64,000 nt of DNA from Escherichia coli (GCF_024223415.1 NZ_CP100500.1), one strand, 5' to 3'. Shown: positions 22,970 to 38,170, counted from the stretch's first letter. The notes: a model not told the origin generated them from the sequence alone. Translations and numbers: made by a program.

Positions 22970-24010
22970 ATGATCACCATTCGTGATGTAGCGCGTCAGG
23001 CTGGCGTCTCTGTGGCAACGGTTTCCCGGGTGCTCAATAACAGCACGCTGGTCAGTGCCGACACGCGTGAAGCAGTAATGAAAGCCGTGAGTGAGCTGGA
23101 TTATCGGCCAAACGCCAATGCCCAGGCGCTGGCAACTCAGGTTAGCGATACCATTGGCGTGGTGGTGATGGACGTTTCTGATGCTTTTTTCGGCGCGCTG
23201 GTAAAAGCGGTGGATCTGGTCGCCCAGCAGCATCAGAAATACGTGCTAATCGGCAATAGCTATCATGAAGCGGAAAAAGAGCGTCACGCCATTGAGGTGT
23301 TAATTCGCCAGCGTTGTAATGCGTTGATTGTTCACTCAAAAGCATTGAGTGACGATGAACTGGCGCAATTTATGGATAACATTCCCGGTATGGTGTTAAT
23401 CAACCGCGTTGTGCCGGGGTACGCCCATCGTTGCGTTTGCCTGGATAATCTCAGCGGTGCCCGAATGGCGACGCGCATGTTGCTGAATAACGGTCATCAA
23501 CGTATTGGTTATCTTTCTTCCAGCCACGGCATTGAAGATGACGCCATGCGTAAAGCAGGCTGGATGAGTGCGTTGAAAGAGCAGGATATTATTCCGCCAG
23601 AAAGCTGGATTGGCACTGGTACGCCGGACATGCCGGGCGGTGAGGCGGCGATGGTTGAACTGCTGGGGCGCAATCTACAACTTACCGCTGTATTTGCTTA
23701 TAACGACAATATGGCCGCTGGCGCACTGACAGCATTAAAAGATAATGGCATTGCGATTCCGTTACATCTCTCAATCATCGGTTTCGATGATATTCCCATC
23801 GCCCGTTACACCGACCCGCAATTAACGACCGTGCGTTATCCCATTGCTTCAATGGCTAAATTAGCCACCGAACTGGCCTTGCAGGGGGCAGCAGGCAATA
23901 TTGATCCTCGTGCCAGCCACTGTTTTATGCCGACGTTAGTGCGTCGCCATTCTGTCGCAACGCGCCAGAATGCGGCGGCGATCACTAACTCAACAAATCA
24001 GGCGATGTAA
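22970..24010 (+). CDS. galS: LacI/GalR-family repressor GalS (mgl repressor / galactose isorepressor)
   Basis: Track ORF starts 6 nt upstream; start placed at [25 protein letters not shown] (HTH). Confidence 0.92.
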   Translation: MITIRDVARQAGVSVATVSRVLNNSTLVSADTREAVMKAVSELDYRPNANAQALATQVSDTIGVVVMDVSDAFFGALVKAVDLVAQQHQKYVLIGNSYHEAEKERHAIEVLIRQRCNALIVHSKALSDDELAQFMDNIPGMVLINRVVPGYAHRCVCLDNLSGARMATRMLLNNGHQRIGYLSSSHGIEDDAMRKAGWMSALKEQDIIPPESWIGTGTPDMPGGEAAMVELLGRNLQLTAVFAYNDNMAAGALTALKDNGIAIPLHLSIIGFDDIPIARYTDPQLTTVRYPIASMAKLATELALQGAAGNIDPRASHCFMPTLVRRHSVATRQNAAAITNSTNQAM

Positions 24011-24022
24011 CCGCTTTCAATC

Positions 24023-24038
24023 TGTGAGTGATTTCACA
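24023..24038. promoter_or_regulatory. CRP binding site in the mglB promoter, with adjacent GalS/GalR operator-like sequence
   Basis: TGTGAgtgatTTCACA matches the CRP consensus TGTGA-N6-TCACA; the adjacent ATGTAACCGCTTTCAAT resembles a gal-type operator. Confidence 0.7.
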
Positions 24039-24289
24039 GTATCTTAACAATGTGATGGCTATGATTGCACCGTTTTAACGTTGTAACCCGTATGTAACAG
24101 TGAATAATCACTTTCACCGAGGTAATAGCGTCATAACAACAATTAAAGCCGTTTTCTGGAGCGTTACCGGGCATGGAAGAACGAATTTTAAAAAGTGAGC
24201 TTCGGCGTTCAGTAACACTTCATTAACTCTACTGCCCCGCCGAGCATTTATCTCAAGCACTACCCTGCATAAGAAAAACCGGAGATACC

Positions 24290-25288
24290 ATGAATAAGAA
24301 GGTGTTAACCCTGTCTGCTGTGATGGCCAGCATGTTATTCGGTGCCGCTGCACACGCTGCTGATACTCGCATTGGTGTAACAATCTATAAGTACGACGAT
24401 AACTTTATGTCTGTAGTGCGCAAGGCTATTGAGCAAGATGCGAAAGCCGCGCCAGATGTTCAGCTGCTGATGAATGATTCTCAGAATGACCAGTCCAAGC
24501 AGAACGATCAGATCGACGTATTGCTGGCGAAAGGGGTGAAGGCACTGGCAATCAACCTGGTTGACCCGGCAGCTGCGGGTACGGTGATTGAGAAAGCGCG
24601 TGGGCAAAACGTGCCGGTGGTTTTCTTCAACAAAGAACCGTCTCGTAAGGCGCTGGATAGCTACGACAAAGCCTACTACGTTGGCACTGATTCCAAAGAG
24701 TCCGGCATTATTCAGGGCGATTTGATTGCTAAACACTGGGCGGCGAATCAGGGTTGGGATCTGAACAAAGACGGTCAGATTCAATTCGTATTGCTGAAAG
24801 GTGAACCGGGCCATCCGGATGCAGAAGCACGTACCACTTACGTGATTAAAGAGCTGAACGACAAAGGCATTAAAACTGAACAGTTACAGTTAGATACCGC
24901 TATGTGGGATACCGCTCAGGCGAAAGATAAGATGGACGCCTGGCTGTCTGGCCCGAACGCCAACAAAATCGAAGTGGTTATCGCCAACAACGATGCGATG
25001 GCAATGGGCGCGGTAGAAGCACTGAAAGCACACAACAAGTCCAGCATTCCGGTGTTTGGCGTCGATGCGCTGCCAGAAGCGCTGGCGCTGGTGAAATCCG
25101 GTGCACTGGCGGGCACCGTACTGAACGATGCTAACAACCAGGCGAAAGCGACCTTTGATCTGGCGAAAAACCTGGCCGATGGCAAAGGTGCGGCTGATGG
25201 CACCAACTGGAAAATCGACAACAAAGTGGTCCGCGTACCTTATGTTGGCGTAGATAAAGACAACCTGGCTGAATTCAGCAAGAAATAA
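24290..25288 (+). CDS. mglB: Periplasmic galactose/glucose-binding protein
   Basis: 332-aa ORF with signal peptide ([23 protein letters not shown]). Confidence 0.95.
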   Translation: MNKKVLTLSAVMASMLFGAAAHAADTRIGVTIYKYDDNFMSVVRKAIEQDAKAAPDVQLLMNDSQNDQSKQNDQIDVLLAKGVKALAINLVDPAAAGTVIEKARGQNVPVVFFNKEPSRKALDSYDKAYYVGTDSKESGIIQGDLIAKHWAANQGWDLNKDGQIQFVLLKGEPGHPDAEARTTYVIKELNDKGIKTEQLQLDTAMWDTAQAKDKMDAWLSGPNANKIEVVIANNDAMAMGAVEALKAHNKSSIPVFGVDALPEALALVKSGALAGTVLNDANNQAKATFDLAKNLADGKGAADGTNWKIDNKVVRVPYVGVDKDNLAEFSKK

Positions 25289-25296
25289 GACTGATT

Positions 25297-25325
25297 GGGC
25301 GCAGTCTATTACTGCGCCCTTATTG
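25297..25325 (+). terminator. Hairpin / attenuating terminator between mglB and mglA
   Basis: GGGCGCAGT-ctatt-ACTGCGCCC perfect 9-bp stem followed by a T-rich stretch. Confidence 0.65.
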
Positions 25326-25348
25326 TATGACCAACAAGGTAAAATTAT

Positions 25349-26869
25349 ATGGTCAGCTCAACGACTCCGTCCTCCGGGGAATACTTGTTGGAAATGAGCG
25401 GTATCAACAAGTCCTTTCCTGGTGTTAAGGCACTTGATAACGTTAATTTAAAAGTCCGGCCACATTCTATCCATGCATTAATGGGGGAAAACGGTGCAGG
25501 AAAATCGACATTATTAAAATGCCTGTTTGGTATTTATCAAAAAGACTCCGGCACCATTTTATTCCAGGGTAAAGAGATCGATTTCCATTCTGCAAAAGAA
25601 GCCCTGGAAAATGGTATTTCGATGGTACACCAGGAGTTAAACCTGGTATTACAACGTTCGGTGATGGATAACATGTGGCTGGGGCGATACCCCACCAAAG
25701 GCATGTTTGTCGATCAGGACAAAATGTACCGCGAAACCAAAGCGATTTTTGATGAACTGGATATTGATATCGATCCGCGTGCGCGCGTCGGCACATTATC
25801 TGTTTCGCAAATGCAGATGATCGAAATCGCCAAAGCGTTTTCCTATAACGCGAAAATTGTGATTATGGATGAACCGACTTCTTCGTTAACCGAAAAAGAG
25901 GTCAATCATCTGTTCACTATTATTCGTAAATTAAAAGAGCGCGGCTGCGGTATTGTTTATATCTCGCATAAAATGGAAGAAATCTTCCAGTTATGTGATG
26001 AAGTTACCGTATTGCGCGACGGTCAGTGGATCGCCACTGAACCGCTGGCAGGACTGACGATGGACAAGATCATCGCCATGATGGTTGGGCGTTCTCTTAA
26101 CCAGCGTTTCCCTGACAAAGAAAACAAGCCGGGCGAAGTCATCCTCGAGGTGCGTAACCTGACGTCACTGCGCCAGCCGTCGATTCGCGATGTCTCGTTT
26201 GATCTGCATAAAGGGGAGATCCTCGGTATTGCCGGTCTGGTGGGGGCGAAACGTACCGATATTGTTGAGACGTTATTTGGTATTCGCGAGAAATCGGCTG
26301 GCACCATAACGTTGCACGGCAAACAGATCAATAACCATAATGCCAACGAAGCCATAAACCACGGATTTGCACTGGTAACTGAGGAGCGCCGCTCAACGGG
26401 AATTTATGCCTATCTGGATATCGGTTTTAACTCGTTAATTTCCAATATTCGCAACTACAAAAATAAAGTTGGTTTACTGGATAACTCGCGGATGAAAAGC
26501 GATACCCAGTGGGTGATTGATTCGATGCGGGTGAAAACGCCGGGTCATCGGACGCAAATTGGTTCGCTCTCAGGTGGTAATCAGCAAAAGGTGATTATTG
26601 GTCGCTGGCTGTTAACGCAACCAGAAATATTAATGCTCGATGAACCGACGCGCGGTATTGATGTCGGGGCGAAGTTTGAAATTTATCAGTTAATTGCCGA
26701 ACTGGCGAAGAAAGGCAAGGGGATTATTATTATCTCCTCTGAAATGCCTGAGTTGTTAGGGATAACAGACCGTATTCTGGTCATGAGCAATGGTCTCGTT
26801 TCCGGAATTGTCGACACAAAAACAACAACGCAAAACGAAATTCTGCGTCTTGCGTCTTTGCACCTTTAA
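25349..26869 (+). CDS. mglA: Galactose/methyl-galactoside ABC transporter ATP-binding protein
   Basis: 506-aa ORF with duplicated Walker A motifs (GENGAGKST...). Confidence 0.95.
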
Positions 26870-26884
26870 GATTAGGGGCTTCCC

Positions 26885-27895
26885 ATGAGTGCGTTAAATA
26901 AGAAAAGTTTTCTTACTTACCTGAAAGAGGGCGGTATTTACGTCGTTCTTTTAGTTTTGCTGGCGATTATTATTTTCCAGGACCCAACATTTTTAAGTCT
27001 GTTGAACTTAAGTAATATTCTCACCCAGTCATCGGTGCGTATTATTATCGCGCTCGGTGTGGCAGGGTTAATTGTCACCCAGGGGACCGATCTTTCTGCT
27101 GGTCGTCAGGTAGGGCTGGCGGCAGTGGTGGCTGCGACATTATTGCAGTCCATGGATAACGCCAACAAAGTGTTCCCGGAAATGGCGACGATGCCGATTG
27201 CGCTGGTTATTCTGATTGTCTGTGCCATTGGTGCGGTGATCGGTTTGATCAACGGTCTGATTATCGCTTATCTCAACGTGACGCCGTTCATTACCACGCT
27301 CGGCACGATGATCATCGTCTATGGCATCAACTCGCTCTATTACGACTTTGTCGGGGCGTCGCCAATTTCTGGTTTTGACAGTGGCTTCTCTACCTTTGCT
27401 CAGGGCTTTGTCGCGCTGGGGAGTTTCCGTCTCTCTTACATCACCTTCTACGCGTTGATTGCGGTGGCGTTCGTCTGGGTGTTGTGGAACAAAACCCGCT
27501 TCGGTAAGAACATTTTTGCCATTGGCGGTAACCCGGAAGCGGCAAAAGTATCTGGTGTCAACGTCGGCCTGAACCTGCTGATGATCTACGCGTTGTCTGG
27601 TGTGTTCTATGCCTTCGGCGGGATGTTAGAAGCCGGACGTATCGGCTCTGCCACCAACAACCTCGGCTTTATGTATGAGCTGGATGCTATCGCGGCGTGC
27701 GTGGTAGGCGGTGTATCGTTCAGCGGCGGTGTGGGGACGGTGATTGGCGTGGTGACCGGGGTAATTATTTTTACCGTCATCAACTATGGCCTGACGTATA
27801 TCGGCGTAAACCCATACTGGCAGTACATCATCAAAGGGGCGATTATTATCTTCGCCGTAGCGCTGGATTCACTGAAATACGCGCGTAAGAAATGA
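26885..27895 (+). CDS. mglC: Galactose/methyl-galactoside ABC transporter permease
   Basis: 336-aa polytopic ORF. Confidence 0.95.
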   Translation: MSALNKKSFLTYLKEGGIYVVLLVLLAIIIFQDPTFLSLLNLSNILTQSSVRIIIALGVAGLIVTQGTDLSAGRQVGLAAVVAATLLQSMDNANKVFPEMATMPIALVILIVCAIGAVIGLINGLIIAYLNVTPFITTLGTMIIVYGINSLYYDFVGASPISGFDSGFSTFAQGFVALGSFRLSYITFYALIAVAFVWVLWNKTRFGKNIFAIGGNPEAAKVSGVNVGLNLLMIYALSGVFYAFGGMLEAGRIGSATNNLGFMYELDAIAACVVGGVSFSGGVGTVIGVVTGVIIFTVINYGLTYIGVNPYWQYIIKGAIIIFAVALDSLKYARKK

Positions 27896-27953
27896 TGTGA
27901 ATGTGGTCCGCATTCGGTCATAAACGCACATAACATCATGATCTGTGTGGTTT

Positions 27954-28130
27954 TGTAGGCCGGATAAGGCGTTCACGCCGCATCCGGCAACAGGAGCCAA
28001 ATGCCGGATGCAACGCTGGCGCGTTTTATCCGGCCTACAATAAGCTCAACATACTGATTTGTATGGTTTTGTAGGCCGGATAAGGCGTTCAAGCCGCATC
28101 CGGCGACAGGAACCAAATGCCGGATGCGTC
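27954..28130. repeat. REP/BIME cluster (two tandem units of paired REP sequences)
   Basis: Repeated TGTAGGCCGGATAAGGCGTTCACGCCGCATCCGGCA and inverted GCCGGATGC...TATCCGGCCTACA units in the mglC-preA intergenic region. Confidence 0.9.
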
Positions 28131-28137
28131 TCTGGTT

Positions 28138-29373
28138 TTACAACGTTACCGGGTGTTCTTTCTCGCCTTTCTTAAACTTCACTTCCCCGAGCTCAATACA
28201 ACCCACCGGGCAGACGTGACCACAAAGCAGACAACCCACACATTTCTCGGTATTACAATGCGGTGTGCGGGTTTTCTCGCTCCATTCCATCGCCTGGTGA
28301 CCGCCGTCGTAACAGGAAATATAACAGCGTCCACAGCCAACACATTTATCAAGATTGATACGGGGATAGACAATATAACTGCGGTCTAAATCTTCCGCCG
28401 GGACAATATTGTTATTCGCCAGACCTACCATCTCCTGCAACGAATCAAACCCTTGATCGGCGAGATAATGCGACAACCCGCTCGCCATATCTTCCACTAT
28501 CCGATAGCCGTACTGCATAATGCCGGTGGTGACCTGTAACGTTGCTGCGCCGAGCAATAAAAACTCCGCCGCATCTTCCCAGGTTTCAATGCCGCCGATA
28601 CCGCTGATCGGGAAATCGCGCAGTTCTGGATGGGTGCGCATTTGCTGAATAAAGCGCAGGGCGATCGGTTTTACCGCTTTACCGGAATATCCGGAAATAC
28701 TCGATTTACCGTTCACGATCGGCATACCGATTTTCTGATTAAGATCGATATTGGTGATGGATTTAACGGTGTTAATTGCCGCAATGCCATCTGCGCCGCC
28801 GCGCTTCGCCGCCAGCGCCACTTCGCACATATCACCGATATTCGGCGTCATCTTCGCCAGCATTGGCAGCGTGGAACCCCGTTTCACTGCCCGACAATAT
28901 TTTTCTACCAGCTCCGGGCTTTGCCCGACATCGCTACCCATCGCATGAGAAGTCATTTGCGGACAGGAGAAGTTACACTCGATCATATCCGCGCCAGCTT
29001 CTTGCACCAGGCGCGCCAGCTCCTCCCATTGCTGCTCATTTTCCCCCATGATCGAAGCGATCAATACTTTGTCCGGGTAATCTTCCTTCAGCCGACGCAG
29101 GGCGGCCAGATTCTCTTCCAACGGATGTTCAGCAATCTGCTCCATATTTTTGAAGCCGATAAAACCGGTATCTTCTTTCACCAGATGATCAAAACGCGGC
29201 GAGACTTCGTTGGCGATAAAAAAGCCGATCGTTTTAAACACCACACCGCCCCAACCTGTGTCGTAGGCTTTGGCACACATCTCATAGCAGTTGCCTACCG
29301 GCGAAGAAGAGAGGCAGAACGGGTTGGGAAACTTCACGCCGCAAAAAGTAATCGAAAGATCTTTCGTTAACAT
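28138..29373 (-). CDS. preA: NAD-dependent dihydropyrimidine dehydrogenase subunit PreA (DHODH-like barrel plus 2x 4Fe-4S ferredoxin)
   Basis: Track ORF is 413 aa; start placed at [20 protein letters not shown]-terminal CxxCxxCxxxCP clusters. Confidence 0.9.
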   Translation of the reverse strand: MLTKDLSITFCGVKFPNPFCLSSSPVGNCYEMCAKAYDTGWGGVVFKTIGFFIANEVSPRFDHLVKEDTGFIGFKNMEQIAEHPLEENLAALRRLKEDYPDKVLIASIMGENEQQWEELARLVQEAGADMIECNFSCPQMTSHAMGSDVGQSPELVEKYCRAVKRGSTLPMLAKMTPNIGDMCEVALAAKRGGADGIAAINTVKSITNIDLNQKIGMPIVNGKSSISGYSGKAVKPIALRFIQQMRTHPELRDFPISGIGGIETWEDAAEFLLLGAATLQVTTGIMQYGYRIVEDMASGLSHYLADQGFDSLQEMVGLANNNIVPAEDLDRSYIVYPRINLDKCVGCGRCYISCYDGGHQAMEWSEKTRTPHCNTEKCVGCLLCGHVCPVGCIELGEVKFKKGEKEHPVTL

Positions 29374-30605
29374 GAGCAAGCTCCCTCTAAATAGTGATGA
29401 ATCGCCTCGGCGGCTTCTTTCCCGGTTTTCACGGCATAGACCACGGTTTTGTCACCCTCAACAATATCGCCAGCAGCAAAGACTTGCGGGTCGCGGGTCT
29501 GATAATTTTGTGTTTTGATGGTGTTACGCTGCGGCTCTAACTCCGCAAAGGCATCTAGTCTGGCATGCTGACCGACGGCGAGAATAATTTTATCTGCCGC
29601 CATCGTCAGTTCGCCCGATAACCGTACATGCTTAAACGTGACTTTATTGCCTTCCACGGCTACTGGCGTGAATCCATCGATGATCGAAACGCCCAGCTCC
29701 CGGGCGCTGGTAAACTCTTTTTCGCTTGCCGGAAACTCATCTAACTCTTCACGCGCTACGCAAGTTACCGCCTGACAGCCGAGAACTTTCAGCGTGCTGG
29801 CTACGTCCATCGCGACATCACCGCCGCCGATAATTAATGCGCTTTGTGGAATGCTGATATCGCCTTGCGCCTGTCGTGCACGTTGCAAGAAGTCGACGGC
29901 AATCTCAACGTCACTATGCTCAAACAGCGGTAGCCCGGAACCGCTTGATAACCCCACGGTGACCAGTACCGCGCGGTTTTCTGCTTTCAGCTGCTCAAGG
30001 GTGAGTGTGTTACCGACTTCGTTGTTGCACTTAATGGTCACGCCCATTTTTTCAATACGGGCGATCTCTGCATCCAGCACTGATTGCGGTAACCGGAATT
30101 GCGGAATACCGTTACGCAACCAGCCACCGGGGTGCGCTTCTTTCTCATAAATCGTGACGTCATAACCCTGGTTTGTCAGTGTCACACTGGCCTGCAATCC
30201 GGCAGGACCTGCGCCAATAATCGCGACTTTGCCGAGCGTTTTAGTACCGGGCTGATAAATTTCCATTCCGGTTTGTTGTTCAAAATCAGTAACAAAACGC
30301 TGTAAGCGGCTGATATCAATGGGAGCATCAACACCGGCACGGGTACAACCGCTTTGGCATAATTTCTCCGTCGGGCACACTCTGGCACAAACAGCACCGA
30401 GGGCATTATTTTCGCGAATTGTCTCGGCAGCGCCTTTAAAATTACGAAAGTAGATTGAGCGAATAAATTTCCCCGGATCGGTCTGTGCCGGGCAAGCCTG
30501 ACTACAGGGAGCGTCGTGACATAATAAACAGCGAGAGGCTTCTTTAATCGCCAGTAAAGACGTAAAAGCCGGAGTGAGTTCATCCAGATAATTTTGTTGC
30601 GGCAT
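29367..30605 (-). CDS. preT: NAD-dependent dihydropyrimidine dehydrogenase subunit PreT (FAD/NAD-binding, GltD-like)
   Basis: 412-aa ORF; Rossmann motif IIGAGPAGL; overlaps the preA start. Confidence 0.9.
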   Translation of the reverse strand: MPQQNYLDELTPAFTSLLAIKEASRCLLCHDAPCSQACPAQTDPGKFIRSIYFRNFKGAAETIRENNALGAVCARVCPTEKLCQSGCTRAGVDAPIDISRLQRFVTDFEQQTGMEIYQPGTKTLGKVAIIGAGPAGLQASVTLTNQGYDVTIYEKEAHPGGWLRNGIPQFRLPQSVLDAEIARIEKMGVTIKCNNEVGNTLTLEQLKAENRAVLVTVGLSSGSGLPLFEHSDVEIAVDFLQRARQAQGDISIPQSALIIGGGDVAMDVASTLKVLGCQAVTCVAREELDEFPASEKEFTSARELGVSIIDGFTPVAVEGNKVTFKHVRLSGELTMAADKIILAVGQHARLDAFAELEPQRNTIKTQNYQTRDPQVFAAGDIVEGDKTVVYAVKTGKEAAEAIHHYLEGACSC

Positions 30606-30798
30606 GTGATCTTCCTTAATGCTATAGGTAATTAAGGCGAGCGTTTAGTAAATAATAATGTACTGATATTAAGGCTAAGCGTGCGGGGGAATTTAAACTG
30701 TGAAAAGATTCACAAATAGCTGCGGTTAGGAATGTGATATCCGCAGCTTATCAGGTGAAGTAATAATTATTCTCAATAATTAACTGGAGAGGGGAATA

Positions 30799-32794
<1,996 letters not shown>

Positions 32795-32923
32795 GGCGTT
32801 GCCTCATAATCATGTAATGGGATAACAGTTTACGAACCCGTTATGGCTTTATATGTGATCTGAATCTCATTAATTATGCAACGCGTGAAACATACATCAA
32901 AAATGCGCGACGCATCGCAAATT

Positions 32924-34050
<1,127 letters not shown>

Positions 34051-34252
34051 TTAATTCGTAAAACGTGCTACCGATCACATTAAGAAATCAGCGCTTATTT
34101 TTTCGCTCCCCGGCATTACGCAATGCGCAGCGAACTCAGGCATACATCAAGCATAGAGAGGGATTGCAGTTTGCAGCAATCCCTCTTTGCAGACCTTTAA
34201 TCCGCTGACCATAGGCGCTAACATAGCGCCTCATTTTTTTGCGGGTGATGAT

Positions 34253-35200
34253 ATGCGTGTGTTACTGGCACCGATGGAGGGAGTGCTTGACTCTCTGGTG
34301 CGTGAATTGCTGACCGAAGTTAACGACTACGATCTGTGCATCACCGAGTTTGTCCGCGTGGTGGATCAACTGCTGCCGGTAAAAGTCTTTCATCGCATTT
34401 GCCCTGAGCTACAAAACGCCAGCCGGACACCATCTGGTACGCTGGTGCGCGTGCAGTTGTTAGGTCAGTTCCCACAATGGCTGGCAGAGAACGCCGCCCG
34501 TGCGGTGGAGTTAGGTTCCTGGGGCGTGGATCTCAATTGCGGCTGCCCGTCGAAAACGGTTAACGGTAGCGGCGGCGGGGCGACGTTACTCAAAGATCCT
34601 GAACTCATCTACCAGGGTGCAAAAGCGATGCGTGAAGCTGTACCGGCGCATTTGCCCGTCAGCGTGAAAGTGCGTCTGGGCTGGGACAGCGGTGAGAAGA
34701 AATTTGAAATCGCCGATGCGGTTCAACAGGCTGGCGCTACGGAGCTGGTGGTGCATGGGCGGACGAAAGAGCAGGGTTACCGCGCGGAGCATATTGACTG
34801 GCAGGCGATTGGCGATATTCGCCAGCGGCTGAATATTCCGGTGATTGCCAACGGTGAAATCTGGGACTGGCAGAGCGCGCAACAATGCATGGCGATCAGC
34901 GGCTGCGACGCAGTGATGATTGGTCGCGGGGCGCTCAATATTCCCAACCTGAGCCGGGTGGTAAAATATAACGAACCGCGAATGCCGTGGCCGGAGGTGG
35001 TTGCTTTGCTGCAAAAATATACCCGTCTGGAAAAGCAGGGCGATACCGGGTTATATCACGTTGCGCGGATTAAACAGTGGTTGAGTTATTTGCGTAAAGA
35101 ATACGATGAAGCAACGGAATTATTTCAGCATGTTCGGGTGTTGAATAATTCCCCTGATATTGCAAGGGCTATTCAGGCAATTGATATCGAGAAACTCTAA
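34253..35200 (+). CDS. dusC: tRNA-dihydrouridine(16) synthase
   Basis: Track ORF is 337 aa; start placed at [14 protein letters not shown] (315 aa); Dus catalytic Cys context (NCGCP). Confidence 0.9.
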
Positions 35201-35572
35201 AAAACCATAGTGATGTTTTTTGACAATGTGTTAGCTCTTTATCAATAGGCCGCACGGTTGTTTGGTGGCGTCAAAATTGCCGAGGCGTTCCCTGAAGGCC
35301 GGGGCAGCCCACATGGATGTGGGCTGAGGGCGCGTTTTACAGGGATGTTACCTCGCGCCCGACCCGGTAGCCGTAAGGGATAAGCCGAGGGCACCGCGCA
35401 GCGGCGATTTTGTTCGCCAGAGCCCGGGGGTGCAGGGGGCGGCGGCGATTGGCCGCCCCCTGCGCGCTCCTTGCGCCAGTGATTATATGAAGCAATGCAC
35501 ATGACAGGAGCGCAACAGGATGAGAGACTGAAATATTCTCGTTATTTTCGGACCTGATGACATTAATTAATT

Positions 35573-35656
35573 TTAAAATATCATCTTAAATACGCCAGTC
35601 ACCACCAGTAGCCCAATCAGGAAAATAATCAATACAGCCCAGAGTATAATTTTCAT
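35573..35656 (-). CDS. yohP: Small membrane protein YohP (27 aa)
   Basis: Minus-strand ORF MKIILWAVLIIFLIGLLVVTGVFKMIF, below the ORF-track size cutoff; matches recalled YohP. Confidence 0.7.
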   Translation of the reverse strand: MKIILWAVLIIFLIGLLVVTGVFKMIF

Positions 35657-35879
35657 TGGCGTTCCTTTATTTGTGAGTGCTGAATAAGTATAGGAAAAAA
35701 CGAAGCCCTTTGCCGTTATCCATAAACGATTAAGATAAATCGGAAGATATCATTCACTTAGTGTATATTTTTCTGGATATGTCGTTTTATTGCCACTGAT
35801 GTATTGCCACGCGAAACTAAAAAATATATCGCAACACACGGTAATCTCCGCGCACCTTTTCTTACCTGATTATTCCCCC

Positions 35880-37316
35880 ATGAATCGTGATTCCTTTTAT
35901 CCAGCCATCGCCTGTTTTCCGCTGTTACTGATGCTGGCCGGGTGTGCGCCTATGCATGAAACCCGCCAGGCGTTAAGCCAGCAAACGCCCGCTGCACAAG
36001 TTGACACCGCATTACCCACGGCGCTGAAAAATGGTTGGCCAGACAGCCAATGGTGGCTGGAGTATCACGATAATCAACTCACTTCCTTAATTAACAATGC
36101 ACTACAGAACGCACCGGATATGCAGGTGGCTGAACAGCGCATTCAGCTAGCTGAAGCCCAAGCGAAGGCAGTTGCCACTCAGGATGGTCCGCAGATCGAC
36201 TTTTCGGCGGATATGGAGCGGCAAAAAATGTCGGCAGAAGGCTTAATGGGGCCGTTTGCTCTGAACGATCCGGCCGCAGGTACGACCGGCCCGTGGTACA
36301 CCAACGGTACTTTTGGCTTAACGGCGGGCTGGCATCTCGATATCTGGGGAAAGAATCGGGCGGAGGTTACTGCCCGCCTGGGTACGGTTAAAGCACGGGC
36401 GGCGGAACGCGAGCAAACCCGCCAATTGCTGGCTGGCAGCGTAGCCCGCCTGTACTGGGAGTGGCAAACCCAGGCGGCGTTAAACACGGTCTTGCAGCAA
36501 ATAGAAAAAGAGCAGAACACCATTATCGCGACCGATCGCCAGCTATATCAGAACGGGATTACTTCTTCAGTTGAAGGTGTGGAAACCGATATTAATGCCA
36601 GCAAAACCCGGCAGCAGCTCAACGATGTCGCGGGGAAAATGAAAATTATTGAGGCACGGTTAAGCGCACTTACAAATAACCAGACAAAGTCATTGAAGCT
36701 TAAACCGGTCGCGTTGCCGAAAGTGGCAAGCCAGCTTCCTGATGAACTGGGGTACTCCTTACTGGCCCGGCGGGCAGATTTGCAGGCGGCGCACTGGTAC
36801 GTTGAGTCATCGCTAAGCACCATTGATGCGGCAAAAGCGGCATTTTATCCTGACATCAACCTGATGGCCTTCCTGCAACAGGATGCGTTGCACTTAAGCG
36901 ATCTGTTCCGTCATTCCGCGCAGCAAATGGGCGTTACGGCAGGCCTGACGCTACCCATTTTCGATAGTGGTCGTCTTAACGCCAATCTCGATATCGCAAA
37001 AGCCGAAAGCAACTTGTCTATCGCCAGCTACAACAAAGCGGTGGTTGAAGCGGTGAATGACGTGGCGCGGGCAGCCAGTCAGGTTCAGACACTGGCGGAG
37101 AAAAACCAGCATCAGGCGCAAATTGAGCGCGATGCCTTGCGTGTGGTAGGTCTTGCGCAGGCGCGCTTTAACGCGGGCATCATTGCTGGTTCCCGCGTCA
37201 GCGAAGCCAGAATCCCCGCGCTGCGTGAGCGGGCCAATGGCCTGTTATTGCAAGGGCAGTGGCTGGATGCCTCCATTCAACTCACTGGTGCGTTGGGCGG
37301 GGGTTACAAACGCTGA
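35880..37316 (+). CDS. mdtQ: Outer-membrane efflux lipoprotein (OMF / NodT family), intact
   Basis: Start placed at MNRDSFYPAIACFPLLLMLAGC (lipobox LAGC), giving a continuous 478-aa ORF. Confidence 0.85.
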   Translation: MNRDSFYPAIACFPLLLMLAGCAPMHETRQALSQQTPAAQVDTALPTALKNGWPDSQWWLEYHDNQLTSLINNALQNAPDMQVAEQRIQLAEAQAKAVATQDGPQIDFSADMERQKMSAEGLMGPFALNDPAAGTTGPWYTNGTFGLTAGWHLDIWGKNRAEVTARLGTVKARAAEREQTRQLLAGSVARLYWEWQTQAALNTVLQQIEKEQNTIIATDRQLYQNGITSSVEGVETDINASKTRQQLNDVAGKMKIIEARLSALTNNQTKSLKLKPVALPKVASQLPDELGYSLLARRADLQAAHWYVESSLSTIDAAKAAFYPDINLMAFLQQDALHLSDLFRHSAQQMGVTAGLTLPIFDSGRLNANLDIAKAESNLSIASYNKAVVEAVNDVARAASQVQTLAEKNQHQAQIERDALRVVGLAQARFNAGIIAGSRVSEARIPALRERANGLLLQGQWLDASIQLTGALGGGYKR

Positions 37317-37368
37317 TGATATGCGCCTTCTATACTTAACGTTTATTCAGCGTTAAGTGGAGAACTCG

Positions 37369-38130
37369 ATGGCACAGGTTGCGATTATTACCGCCTCCGA
37401 TTCGGGGATCGGCAAAGAGTGCGCGTTATTACTGGCGCAGCAGGGGTTTGATATTGGTATTACCTGGAACTCAGATGAAGAAGGGGCAAAAGATACCGCG
37501 CGTGAGGTAGTTAGCCACGGCGTACGTGCGGAGATCGTGCAGCTGGATCTCGGTAAACTGCCAGAAGGTGCGCAGGCGCTGGAGAAACTCATTCAACGGC
37601 TGGGGCGTATTGATGTGCTGGTGAATAATGCGGGCGCAATGACCAAAGCGCCGTTTCTTGATATGGCTTTCGATGAGTGGCGCAAGATTTTTACCGTTGA
37701 TGTCGATGGTGCATTTTTATGCTCACAAATTGCGGCCCGCCAGATGGTGAAACAAGGGCAGGGCGGTCGCATCATCAACATTACGTCGGTACATGAACAT
37801 ACGCCGCTGCCGGATGCCAGCGCCTACACAGCCGCTAAACATGCGCTCGGTGGGTTAACCAAAGCGATGGCGCTGGAGCTGGTCAGGCATAAGATTTTGG
37901 TGAACGCAGTCGCGCCTGGGGCGATCGCCACGCCAATGAATGGCATGGATGACAGCGACGTGAAGCCCGACGCGGAGCCTTCGATTCCTCTGCGGCGTTT
38001 TGGCGCAACGCATGAGATTGCCAGCCTGGTAGCGTGGCTGTGCTCAGAGGGCGCAAATTACACCACCGGGCAGTCGTTGATAGTGGATGGCGGCTTTATG
38101 TTGGCGAATCCGCAGTTCAACCCAGAATAG
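37369..38130 (+). CDS. yohF: Short-chain dehydrogenase/reductase (acetoin-reductase-like)
   Basis: 253-aa ORF from MAQVAIITASDSGIGKE (SDR TGxxxGxG-like motif). Confidence 0.9.
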   Translation: MAQVAIITASDSGIGKECALLLAQQGFDIGITWNSDEEGAKDTAREVVSHGVRAEIVQLDLGKLPEGAQALEKLIQRLGRIDVLVNNAGAMTKAPFLDMAFDEWRKIFTVDVDGAFLCSQIAARQMVKQGQGGRIINITSVHEHTPLPDASAYTAAKHALGGLTKAMALELVRHKILVNAVAPGAIATPMNGMDDSDVKPDAEPSIPLRRFGATHEIASLVAWLCSEGANYTTGQSLIVDGGFMLANPQFNPE

Positions 38131-38170
38131 CGCAGTGAGGTGCGTGGTTATTTCAATGGGTAAAATTTTG

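Noticed and set aside
27954-28130. Possible CRISPR array or IS terminal repeats
   Set aside because: The repeats are the canonical REP/BIME palindrome (GCCGGATGCGGCGTGAACGCCTTATCCGGCCTACA-type) with irregular spacing; there are no CRISPR-like direct repeats with unique spacers and no transposase.
28630-29370. 246-aa plus-strand ORF
   Set aside because: Antisense to preA, which has a strong Fe-S and DHODH-like signature on the minus strand.
30698-30752. CRP-like TGTGA-N6-TCACA and an 8-bp inverted repeat upstream of preT
   Set aside because: Plausible regulatory elements, but I cannot place them confidently relative to the preT promoter; not called as features.
35242-35502. 86-aa minus-strand ORF in the GC-rich intergenic region
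   Set aside because: Pro/Gly/Arg-rich translation typical of random GC-rich sequence, with no RBS context; the region is treated as noncoding and reported as a finding.
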